From NCBI GenBank assembly GCA_951406725.2, contig OX597827.1:4278001-4342000 (forward strand): a stretch of DNA of 64,000 nt, in the 5' to 3' direction. How positions within the stretch are numbered: the first letter of the stretch is position 1; each line of letters opens with the position of its first letter. The stretch is from Octopus vulgaris (lineage: Eukaryota). Shown here piece after piece: positions 13,839 through 26,886 of this stretch. The position numbers were made by a program, and so were the translations under genes. The notes under the pieces are model-generated. The model ran no database searches. It had not been told where the DNA came from and saw only the letters and a program-made list of their open reading frames with translations.

Positions 13839-14963
13839 TGTGTGTGATTGTGAGTGTGTGTGTGCGTTTTTGTATGTGTGTGTATGTAAATTTTAAATAC
13901 CTATGTAGGTATAGAGAAAGGGAGGCAGAGTGCAAGAATAATGGTGAGAGAAGGAAGTAGAAAGAGAAATAGAGAGTGGTACATGTTTTTTTAAATTTGA
14001 AAAAATTCCAATTTTATGACAAATGGTCCCAATAACCTGAATCAGTTCAATATTTTGTTATTAAAGGTTTTGTGTGTAAACCCCACAAGGAAAAAATCAT
14101 GAAACAATTAGTCATTCTTCGTTCATCATTTTACAAAATATTCCTACTCACTTGCACCCCCCCACCACATGCATATGCAAATATGCATATGCATGCATAT
14201 GTCTCTGTGTGTGCATTTTTGTATGTGTATATATATATATATGTGTGTATGTATGCATGTACGTAGAAGGATTAGGATGGGTTTGTGTGTGCATGGCTGT
14301 ATGGGTACAGGCATTGGTGTGTGGTAAGAAGTCTGTTTCCCAACCACATCATTTAATGGTTTAGTCCCACAGTGTGGCAACTTGGGCAAATGTCTTCTAC
14401 TAGAGTCATAGGCTGTTCAAAGCCAAATCAGTGGCTTTGGATCAAAAAGTATTAAAAGTTTAATAAAAGATAAAGAGTAGAACCACCACGATCGTTTCAT
14501 GCCCATAAACCAATTCGAATAACAATAATTTAAATTCAATTAATAATTCGAATTATGGTTATAGTCAATCTTCAGGTTAATTATAATATTTAAATAAATA
14601 ATCAGAAATATTTAAACAATATTTTTTAAGAAATAAATAAAATAATAATTTTTCTTATAAAAAAACTCTATTATCAAACTAGAAACTTAATGATTAAGAT
14701 TATGTCATACAATCGATTATAATGTTAAATATTAATTTTTAAGTATTAATTTTTAAGGGAAGAAACCCACAAATAATCTAATATCAGTTATAGTCAATAT
14801 CTAAGTACATACATATTTTACAAAAAAATATAATATTATATTTACTAAATATTTCATCACAAAACCTCGCAAAGCTAAGTATATATTTATATTTAAGATG
14901 TTAAAATTTTAAAATTTAAATATTTTAATAAGTCTTATGGTATAATATTGTTTTTTATATACA

Positions 14964-14996
<33 letters not shown>

Positions 14997-15258
14997 GTGT
15001 GTGTAGTATGTGCCATGTAGTCATAGCAGATACTGGTGTTACACAACTGGCACCAATGCCAGTGACATGTAAAAGCACCCATTACTTTCTCAGAGTGGTT
15101 GGCATTAGGAAGGGCATCCAGCAGTAGAAACCATGCCAAACCAGACTATATAAATATATCTATGCACACACACACACATATGTATACACACACAAATATA
15201 TATAGTGTATATATATATATATATAAATTTACATGTGAGTGAATATGTGTTTGTGTGT

Positions 15259-15289
<31 letters not shown>

Positions 15290-15573
15290 CGTGCACACAC
15301 ACATGCATGGATGTAGAATTATGTATGTGTGTGTATGCATCAGTAGGGAGATATATAATTTCTATGAAATATATTTTACAAGTCTGAAATCAAGCACCCA
15401 TGATACTTTTATCAAGTGTATATGAAAAAAATTATGCGTATAATATGTATGTGTATTTGTAAACAAGTTAATTAGTCTATGCATAAATTAATACAGAACT
15501 TAGCCCCAGTAATGAAATATTTCATGCTAGTGACAAAAAAGTATAATGAAAATACATGCAAGCATACACCTAT

Positions 15574-15696
15574 CTAACTACAGAAGAGATTTCCAATGAC
15601 AGATTTGGTGTAGAGGGAGAGATTTATCTCCCTTGTATAATAGAACAGTTTCAAACGGTCACTATCTTCTGGTCGTCTGCTAACTTTTTCTAACAG
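15574..15696 (-). CDS. Candidate coding exon: LLEKVSRRPEDSDRLKLFYYTREINLSLYTKSVIGNLFCS*
   Basis: Acceptor ctttatttaacttag followed by 40 open codons in unique sequence; no strong donor. Confidence 0.3.
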   Translation of the reverse strand: MLEKVSRRPEDSDRLKLFYYTREINLSLYTKSVIGNLFCS

Positions 15697-15879
15697 CTAA
15701 GTTAAATAAAGCAAAGCAGAATAAAATATGTTGTACGGAAATGCATGCATGCATACACACATACATACATACATACATACATGTATACATACATACATAC
15801 ATACATACATACGTACATACATACATACATACATACATACATACATACATACATACATACAAATTCATATATACCTAGA

Positions 15880-15920
<41 letters not shown>

Positions 15921-16001
15921 CTTGTGTCAGATGATGAAAGGTTATCTGGCTAGTAGGACAGAGAGACAGAATGTCCAGTCTGTGTTTTCTGTAGTCTTCT
16001 A

Positions 16002-16034
<33 letters not shown>

Positions 16035-16138
16035 CAACTACTACTACTACTAATATTGGATGAAGTTTTTTACAGAAAAAATTCCATCAAAAAGTTGAAG
16101 CATATTAAAATACCTTTGAAGGTTAAAATTATAAACAA

Positions 16139-16203
16139 CTTATAAACAAGGGCAAAAGAAAATTATTTCCATGTCATAACTTTCTTATGCCCTTGTTTAT
16201 AAG
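16139..16203. repeat. 65-nt hairpin with 28-bp arms and 2 mismatches
   Basis: cttataaacaagggcaaaagaaaattat / ataactttcttatgcccttgtttataag with a 9-nt loop. Confidence 0.9.
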
Positions 16204-16874
16204 ATTTATATGTATACACATATATATATATATTGTATATCATATAATATTGTGTTATATTTTATGTAATGGATGATAGTACCCCACTGGTTCAAAATGC
16301 TACTTTGCAAAACACAGTGCTCAGCCATAGGTAGAGTAGAATTTAGGTGAGTCTGTATTAACTACTTCCAAGACTTTCTCATTCTTAATCCTCAGGTAGC
16401 AGATATAATATTTGAAATTTACTTAAATACACACCAGTTGGGGTTTATTCAATATTCACTGAAAACAAATTGGCAGGAATTCTGAACACCACATATTGGT
16501 CCCTTTGTACGAGAGCATATATGAATTCTATTGATTACAGAGTATGACAAGTTCAGAGGAACCCATGTCCTCTTACTTACAATAAAGAACTTGATGGTAA
16601 GTCTGAGAGTGAATGGCATGTTTAATTCATAATTGCTGATCCAATAAAAAACTGTATTTTGGTTCTTGTTTCATTTATGGTCCTTTGGAAACTAAAGAAC
16701 AATATTTAGATGAGCTAATTCATGACACATAGCAAGAAGAAACATTTTATACGCACACATGCATGCACACACAAACACACACATATAAAGAACATCCTTA
16801 CTCATAAGAGATGACAATATTAGTGGCCACAAGCTTAAAACCATATAGGCAAAATTAATTGATATATATATATA

Positions 16875-17267
16875 CTAGCAGTATCGCCCGGCGTTGCTCG
16901 GGTTTGTAAGGGAAATAACTATATAAGCATTTTTAGAGAGTTATAGCCAAATATTAGCAAAAGAATACATTAAAAATGGAAAAAAAAATTATGGTAATTT
17001 TTTTTTTAAATCGTTGACTCATCGTAGACATTTTTAGAGAGTTACTTCCCTTATATAATAGCGAAAAAATGCATTAAAATGGAAAAAAATGATGGTATAT
17101 TTCTTTTTAAATTGTAGACTCATCGTAGACGCACGCTAATACCCAGAAGGGCTCGATATGAATCACGACTATAAGATACCCGGTTAAACTGCACCACAAA
17201 ATGTGGGGGTAGTTAGGAATCTAAATCGTAGGAGACAGACAGCACACAACCTCACTTTTATATATAA

Positions 17268-17270
<3 letters not shown>
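16875..17270 (-). mobile_element. Complete non-autonomous Helitron (about 396 bp) inserted in (TA)n
   Basis: Minus strand begins TC(TTTATATATAAAAG) and ends with hairpin CCCGAGCAACGCCGGG followed by CTAG; sits between A and T; internal tandem duplication of about 100 bp. Confidence 0.85.
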
Positions 17271-17310
<40 letters not shown>

Positions 17311-17540
17311 AATTATATGTATAACAAGGGCATTAAGGAGCACCAGCTTTGCTAAAAATAGGAGTCAAAAACACTCCAATGCCACAAGAATTAACACTAA
17401 ACTTTTACAGGCATAGTTGAAAAAAAAAAAACAAAGTTAATTGGTATTGGAACTTATTTGTGCAAAATTGCAAGAAGGAATGCCAGTTAACCTAGTATCA
17501 TGATTTTGAATTTAGTGCCAAAAGCACCAGATTCTCTTAT

Positions 17541-17585
<45 letters not shown>

Positions 17586-17723
17586 TTATATACTGTATAT
17601 TGTGTGGTAAGAAACTTACTTCCCAATCACATGGTTCTGGGCTCAGTGCCACTGCATGCCACAGCTTGGGCTGACTAAATCCTTGTGACTGGATTTGGTA
17701 GACAGAAATTGAAAGAAGCCCAT

Positions 17724-17754
<31 letters not shown>

Positions 17755-17795
17755 GCATGTGTGTGCTTGCACGTGTGCATGCACATGCACACACA

Positions 17796-17845
<50 letters not shown>

Positions 17846-18449
17846 ACACACACACAGAATTTCTATTCAAAATTCTACAAAGAAAATGTTATTATTCTAA
17901 GAAATACTTATGTGAACTACTGTGATGAACCTATAAATGCACAAACATTTGAAAATTGACAAGTAGTAATGTGGAAAAAATATTTTACTAGTATTGTTTG
18001 GCAATAGGGTATTGTTAGTAGCGTAGAAATGTACAGGTGATTTATGATAAAACAGGATACTTGTGATAATTGATATAAGCTCATTAATAGGCTTTTAAAT
18101 GCTTTCCTTATTTTCAAGTTTATAATTTGGAGGGACTCAAATCAGATCAGATCACAGGCACACTTACAAATACAAACCTACTCACATAACTGCACGTATA
18201 ATACTCTGTGCTAAACAACACCAAAAGCAAGTGTAAAGGATTTTTGCTGTATTTTTTCTCATTCCTTACAAAATTTCAAACACTTTTATATTTGTATATA
18301 AATAAAGAAAAGATACACCATTACCTCTGACTAACTTTTCTTTCTGTCATAATTAATATATATCAATACCTAGCTCTCATCCCCATCCTCCCTCTCTCCC
18401 ATATATATATATATATATACATGCTTATATATATATATATGTATACACA

Positions 18450-18492
<43 letters not shown>

Positions 18493-18980
18493 GTATATGT
18501 ATGCGTGTGAGCTTTTGTCTGTTTTTGTCACCAGTTGATAACCGATGTTTATGTCTTCATGTATGTATGTATGAATTTATTTATGGGACAAGATATTATG
18601 AGGTTATTCATTCTATACATGATCCCAGTATCCATAATCTTGTATTCAAACCCATTGAGTCTGAAGGTGTCTGAACAGTAATTGACATCCTTAGTGCTTT
18701 CTCTAGAGTTTTTGTACAGCAAGTGAAATAGCTAATACTCTGAAATGAAGTGGAACTTCGAACTTGGTGGAATAGGAGAATAATGCTTATGTTACATATT
18801 TGTTTGTTTGTTTGTGTGTGTGTGTGTTTGTTTGTGTGAGCATGTGTCATGTGTGTTAATCAAAAGTTATTAGGAGTAAGTCTGAAATAATTCAGTTTGC
18901 CAACACAAAATTATCGCAAATTTTATACAATTTTAACATAGTTTTGTATTGAATAATTTGAATTTTTGCTGGAAAATACT

Positions 18981-19021
<41 letters not shown>

Positions 19022-19044
19022 CATATATGTATGCATGTATTGCA

Positions 19045-19212
<168 letters not shown>

Positions 19213-19519
19213 ATATATATAAGTGTATATATATATACACACACATACACTTTTATTCAACAGTGTTATTTACATATTCTAAGTGGAAAAAATATATCAA
19301 ACTACAATTCCTGATTGCAATTAAAGAAAGTACCGGTGGGCATAATGATATTTTTCTTGCTTTTTTTTTTCCATCAGGACTTTATTTAATTTAAAACTAA
19401 ATCTTCAGTAACATTAAATTGCAAATGATATTAATTTAAATGTTGCCTGCTTTGCTTGTTTTATGGTTAATACAGTGCAACACACACAGAAGTTTGCATA
19501 TCATTGTATGCAAGCTTTA

Positions 19520-19920
19520 TTATCTTCATTGTTTTCCATACTGGAATGGGTTAGACAGATCTAGTATATAGTATATTAACTTTTAGCACACTAAAGGCAA
19601 ACCATGCCATACAAGTTTTTTCCCCAGTAGCTGTAGCGACATTGTGTTGCACTGAGAGGGGAGATAACTCGTACAGCAACATGATTTGCCTTCAGTGTGC
19701 TAAAGATTAACCATCACCTTGATCATTCATTATCACTTCAGTGAGGCTCAGCATTCTAAGATCTAACCTCATTATCATGTCTTATTCTGCTGTTGTACCA
19801 ATCTTTTCAAGTATAAGGAGTGCCAAGAAGGGGAAGCATCTTTGACAGGTAGACATGTTGCACTCTTTCAGGTGGTTCAGCCATTCTGGTCCCCTTCTGG
19901 CATCCAACTCACACCTGTAG
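19520..19920 (-). mobile_element. Decayed RTE-like LINE 3' end (possibly continued at 21800-22100)
   Basis: Minus-strand peptide RLDLRMLSLTEVIMNDQG resembles the RTE C-terminus DL..L.L.E.M..DR..W. Confidence 0.35.
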
Positions 19921-20241
19921 CTCCAAGCAGGACCAGATTTAAACCATGGGGGATCCGGGGCACTTCTATTTTAATGGGCCCCTCATACACAAGAATTAAA
20001 ATCTTGGAAAATTATCAGATTTAAAACTCAAAAACCCATCTATGTTTTCATTGAATTAATTGGTGTCTCAAAGGTGGCAAAATCTATGGTTATTTATCAC
20101 AAATGGTGCCCAACTGACCCTACTATACTGTGTAGTTGACAAAACCAAAAACACCCAATGCACATGCACGAAATTAGAAATATAAAATGGTGACAATTCA
20201 TCCATTGCACCAGTATATATTGAATATATACATATAGACAA

Positions 20242-20290
<49 letters not shown>

Positions 20291-20324
20291 CATATATTTA
20301 TACATATATAGATAAATAAATATG

Positions 20325-20417
<93 letters not shown>

Positions 20418-20426
20418 GTATATATA

Positions 20427-20474
<48 letters not shown>

Positions 20475-20971
20475 ATATATTAGGAAGGGCATCCAGCTGC
20501 AGAGACTCTGCCAGATCAAGATTGGAGCCTGGTGCAGCCATCTGGTGTGCCAGCCCTCAGTCAAATCTTCCAACCCATGCTAGCATGGGAAGAAGACGTT
20601 TAACGATGATGATGATGATGATGATGATGATGATACACACACACACACACACTTTCAGTTAATGAAGAATATTCATCTGCTTATACATACCTACATATAT
20701 ATGCACACATACATATATATGTAACAGATGAATGCTTTTTCAGTATTAGAGTACACATAATGTTTATGTCTATTTGATCCTTTGAGTAAATATATTAAAA
20801 ATATATTCATACATACAGTTGTGTATACATGATTGTTTTAATGTGTTTATGCATTTGAGTATTAGCTTTTATATCACTTGTATATTGACACACATATTCT
20901 GTTGCTCTTGCTTTGCAACCACGTTGCAAAATAAGCTTCTTAAGCACACAATCATGCTTCGATCCTAAATA

Positions 20972-21397
20972 TACTCTCTTTACTCTTTACTCTTTTACTT
21001 GTTTCAGTCATTTGACTGCGGCCATGCTGGAGCATCGCCTTTAATCGAGCAACTCGACCCCGGGACTTATTCTCTTTGTAAGCCCAGTACTTATTCTATC
21101 GGTCTCTTTTGCCGAACTGCTAAGTGATGGGGACGTAAACACACCAACATCGGTTGTCAAGCGATGGTGGGGGTACAAACACAGACACACAAACACACAA
21201 ACACACATACATACACATATATATATACATATATACGACAGGCTTCTTTCAGTTTCCGTCTACCAAATCCACTCACAAGGCATTGGTCAGCCCGAGGCTA
21301 TAGCAGAAGACTCTTGCCCAAGATGCCACGCAGTGGGACTGAACACGGAACCATGTGGTTGGTAAGCAAGCTACTTACCACACAGCCACTCCTGCGC
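20972..21397 (-). mobile_element. Full-length SINE family A
   Basis: Closely similar reverse complement of 10871-11301. Confidence 0.9.
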
Positions 21398-22114
21398 ACT
21401 CCTATGCACCCACACACATTTAAATTAGCTGAACAGTGTTAACCTCCACTGACATGAAGTAAGAGAACTGAAAGATGGCCACAAAAACAACTGTAGAAAT
21501 ATGCTCGTATCATGAAAATGAACTATGAGATGGTTAATGTTAAATAGCATAAAAATGGTTTACGAATGAGCTGAGAGATTGGTTGTGCATTTGAAGGGTC
21601 AGCTGGCTTCTGCAGGAGAGGTAAGTGGGATTGTAAGCAGGGCCACTTTATCCGTATTATAGGCTTTCAGACAAATAAATGACACAAGGCCTTTACATAT
21701 ATACCCAATGTATACTTAGATTGGCCTTGGGCCCTTAGACTTATGGGTTCCTGGGTAACTGCCCACTATGCTCATGCCTTAATCACACAACCACACTGTG
21801 CCTATTGATGACAATAAATGATAAATTCTGGGTAAATGCTGCTATGTGCTCTCATGAAAAGACAAGTCCATGTTTCAGTCAGAATGGTGAGGACCATCTA
21901 GTTATTGCAGGTAAAGATTGACTGTTGACTTGCATTTTGTTTAATGAAAAGTTGTGCACTGTAACCTCATTCTCTCACTGTAACCATTTTCAATCTGTTG
22001 ACAAGACCAAGAACAGATGACTGAGGATGGAAATGGATCAAGTGAATGACCAAGATGTCTTATTTGCTTCATCTTATTTCTGCACTTCACAGAGCATTTC
22101 TGCAGCTACCTTCA

Positions 22115-22500
22115 GCGGAGGTGCAATGGCCCAGTGGTTAGGGCAGCGGACTTGTGGTCGGAGGATCACAGTTTCAATTCTGAGACTGGGTGTTGTGTGT
22201 GTTTATTGAGCGAAAACATCTAAAGCTCCACGAGGCTCCGGCAGGGGGTGGTGGTGACCCCTGTTGTACTCTTTCGCCCCAACTTTCTCTCACTCTTTCT
22301 TCCTGTTTCTAGTCCCCGACTTCCTACGCAACTGCTGAGCCTGGATGTGCATTCATCCATCCATAGATGCTCTCTGTGTCGGGGTTTGACCTGCTTTCTA
22401 TTCTGCAAGTCTTACGAATAGCAAAAGACCATGTTTCGGACTTCTCCCACTAATGGGACGAAGACTGCTTCGCTCAACAGCAACAGCAGCTGCCTTCAGC
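22115..22500 (+). mobile_element. tRNA-derived SINE with family E head and a different 3' body
   Basis: tggcccagtggttagggcagcggact...gagcgaaaacatctaaagctcc..ggctccggcag is shared with 4908; sequences diverge after about 22305. Confidence 0.75.
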
Positions 22501-22852
22501 TCTGTTAGGTTTCTTCTGCAGAGTCCTCTGGATCCAGTTTTCATATGTATAGGTAGGCAAGCCCTAACTCATCAAAAGTTATATATTCATTGGATACCTT
22601 CACTTGATTTACCTCACCAGTTGAGGTGGTTTACCAGGTAGTGGCCATTGCATGCAAACTGCCACTTGGAGCCAGGGTCAGATTTATAGGGTGGAAAAGG
22701 AGGCAATTGTCCCGGGACACTGCAGGTTATTGGGGGCTCTGCTATGAAAGGTATGTAGGACTCAGTATAGGGTGGTTCCACTTCCAAGCAATCAGGCATG
22801 AAGAGGCTATCTTTTAATATACAAAGGTATCTTGGCTTCTTAAAAAATGTAA

Positions 22853-22922
22853 CAATAATAATAATGATAATAATAATGATAATAATAATAATAATACCAA
22901 CAACAACAACAACAACAACAAC

Positions 22923-22955
<33 letters not shown>

Positions 22956-23073
22956 TATTATTATTATTATCATCATCATCCTCTCCTTTCAATTTTGTTT
23001 CCATTTCTTGCTGAGTGCCTTCTTGACACTTAAGGCAAAGAAACTCGCTGTATACATTGGTAGGCCATTAATA

Positions 23074-23132
<59 letters not shown>

Positions 23133-23147
23133 TATCATTATTATTAC

Positions 23148-23184
<37 letters not shown>

Positions 23185-23272
23185 GATGATGATGATGGTG
23201 GTGGTGGTGGTGGTTTTGGTGGTGACGGTGGTGGTGGTGATGATGGTGGTGATGATGAGGATGATGATGATG
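22853..23272. repeat. Compound trinucleotide array (AAT/AAC/ATT/GAT/GGT)
   Basis: Read directly; similar arrays at 10400-10660, 30795-31035 and 49500-50032. Confidence 0.9.
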
Positions 23273-23783
23273 GGGAAGAGGAGATGAAGGACATGACAAA
23301 ATGTGATGCATGATTCAACAAGGACTGGAATTTCCTTGCATTGCACATAGTTCTTCACTGCCTGATTACAAAACTCTACACTACACACACTGGCCAGAAG
23401 CATATACAGAATAAAAGTGGAGAAAGAAAAGAAAAAAAAGAAACAGAAGCTAAGCAGCAATCATGTTCATTTTATCCAGCAGAATATAAGCTTTCAAAAG
23501 CTGAGCGCACAAACACGTCTTGTCATCATTTTCACCCACAAATAATGCAGTGAACCATTGATTGGCACGGTGGATTGCTCTTTGAGTTTAAATATCCAAT
23601 AATGATATTGTTTGAGAATGCTTGATAAAGTGATAAAATAAAAGCATTTATATATTCATACACATCTTTATACATATATACACACACATACACACATATA
23701 TGTATATGTATGTAAATAAATATATATATATATATATACATACATGTATACATATATACATATATGTGTGTGTGTGTGTGTGT

Positions 23784-23870
<87 letters not shown>

Positions 23871-24296
23871 CATATACACACACATATATATATAAGTATA
23901 TAAGCATCATTTTCACCATCAAAATTTTCATCATTTTTACATCTGCTTTTAACACTGGCTTGACATGGATGGGTTGTCGTAGTCATAGCCCACAAGTATT
24001 TAGGATACCACTGACCTAAATAGATTGGATGAGAAGAGATGTATCATCCTGCTCATGCTTCATGGTTGACCTGGTTTCAGCAACTAAATGCCTTTTCTAA
24101 CATCAACACAATGTTTGGGAGAATATCCAATGATAGAGTTTTCTAGTCTCTTTTTGACATGGCATTACAATTAGAAATGTGACAGAATTAAAAGATACCT
24201 TAAAGCCTCACTTCTCACAGTTGGGGCATTTTTAAAGGCACCAGTAATTGAGAGGTAACCAAGTTCTATCAATCCATATATATATATATATACATG

Positions 24297-24349
<53 letters not shown>

Positions 24350-24368
24350 GTGTGTATGTATATATATG

Positions 24369-24428
<60 letters not shown>

Positions 24429-24574
24429 TGGCTGTGTAGTAAGAAGCTTGTTTCCCAAACACATGGTTCTTAGTACAGTCCCATTGTGTGACACCTTGGG
24501 CAAGTGTCTTCTACTATAGCCTTGGGCCAACCAAAGCTATGTGGATTTGGCAGACGGAAACTGAAAAAGCCCAT

Positions 24575-24689
<115 letters not shown>

Positions 24690-24877
24690 ACCATGTGATA
24701 TATAAACAAGCTATATATGTATATATTCTGATTCTTGTTTCTAGCAACACGGTGCCATGTTGTACCCTTGGTCACTTTAGCGACATCTATAAATTTGCCC
24801 TTTGGTTGTTAAATTGCTACATAATACCACTCATATTATTCACAGTATACGACATGTATATATATATATATATGTAT

Positions 24878-24909
<32 letters not shown>

Positions 24910-25807
24910 CACATATATATATACATATACATACATACATACATAGATATACATACACACACATATGTGTGTGTGTGTGTGTATATATATATATGTGTGT
25001 GTGTGTGTGTGCATGTATGATGTTCTTTCTATCTAATTTTCCTTTCTATTACACCTTTTCCAATTTGCTACTGCCTCTCCCCTTAACTTGAAGTTATAAG
25101 ATGCTAAATAATGCTACATCATACATATACACACATATACACACAAATATCTCTTAGCTTCAGTCTCCAGCTATGTGTTTTCCTTCTTTCTTTTATTTCG
25201 CCTCTCTTCTTCAGTCTTATCCTTTCTCTTCTATTTTCTACCATAGTCACAATTTCCCCCACTCCTTTGTAGTAAACTTATTTTTGATTTACTTTTTAGT
25301 CTTTTATTCAATTTTTGTCTTTTTCTGTGATATTCATTTGCTCTTATTCTAATTTTAATTTTTAATTCTTATTTCCATTTAAATTCTATTTTAATCACTT
25401 TCAACATCTTATTTCTGATAATATCTTTCTTGTTTTATGTATTTTTTTACACCAGTTCCTAAGAATTTTCAATATCAAATTTTAACTTTCATTTGGCTCA
25501 CCTTCGTATTTATATATTTTCCAATTATGGTCAATTGCTTTTATCCAACAGATTTCTCTTATTTTGAAAATTAATTGCCCAATCATCTTTAAATGTTTAT
25601 TCTATGAGTTGGTAGTCATGAATACTTGTAAATACTTATCAACTATTGCATTGTTCTAAATACTTACAACTCTCTGATGGTTGCTTACATGAAATTCTAA
25701 TTAACAGCTTGTGAATTTTTTCAGTTTCGATAAAATATTATAAACATACACACACATAAAGAAAATGAGATGACAATGGAAGAAATCACCATCTTATGAA
25801 CTTCATT

Positions 25808-25888
25808 AGCTTCCAGTTGTTTCTGCTATAAGGTGCAGTGGACTCATCGTTGAGTGCATGAGTAACATCTTATAGCTTCATCAGAGCC
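25808..25888 (-). ncRNA. Hammerhead-like motif with long stem II and mutated cleavage site
   Basis: ggct-CTGATGA-agctataagatg..actcat..atgagt..caccttatagca-GAAA-caactg-GA-agc. Confidence 0.55.
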
Positions 25889-25937
25889 TTGAATATGAAG
25901 TGCAATTTATTTGGGAAAAGAATTATATTTATGCATA

Positions 25938-26002
<65 letters not shown>

Positions 26003-26759
26003 ATGTATATATATGTAACGGTCATTTTCATAGCATTTTTTGGGATGGTTGGATAACTGAAGAGATGGTGGCATGGGTTTCTGCCCTGATATCCAAAACT
26101 CGGAGTTTTATTATGGCTTCTGAATAATTGTCGCATATTATATTTACAGATAAATTCCTCTATTTACATAATATCAAGGTCTCTTTCATTCTTTTGTTCT
26201 CTTACCATTTCTATAAATATATATATATATATACTGATATAGAAAACAAAGTTATTTTATTCCACACGGGTAGGAATAGAGGAAAAATAGAAGTTGAAAA
26301 TGCACTGAGAATAGTTGAAATATTTTTTATTAATATATTTGAAGCTTTAACCGGTTTAACAGTTTTCACTGATTTTCAAAAAGTTCAAATAGAAAAATGT
26401 GGCTTATGTCACAGTTATCTTGCTTCTGACTTGTATTTGAAGTTTGCCGGGTTATTATTGGGAGTTCATGGCTCAAATTAGTATAAGTTTTGAACAGGAT
26501 TTGATTGGTAGAGAATAGTCACATGATTGGTCTTCGAAATGTTCGTAGGTTCCCCCCTGTGTTAGTATCAAGTAACAATGTCGGTGTTAATACATTTATA
26601 TATATATACACACACACACATTTTTTTATATAGGTGTATGTATATATAAATATATGTATCTGTATATATAGATGTATGTATATATACATATAAATATATA
26701 TATATATAGATATAGATGTATAGATATATGTATATATATATATAGATAGATATATGAAC

Positions 26760-26794
<35 letters not shown>

Positions 26795-26800
26795 TATATG

Positions 26801-26886
<86 letters not shown>

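Noticed and set aside
16541-16596. Plus-strand exon candidate xYDKFRGTHVLLLTIKNLM (ttacag / gtaagt)
   Set aside because: Splice sites are good, but I found no compatible plus-strand partner exon; it could be chance.
19928-21797. hAT-like CAGG(G)-terminated MITE enclosing SINEs (similar starts at 21638 and 22672)
   Set aside because: The termini are too degenerate and no 8-bp target duplication was found, so boundaries cannot be supported.
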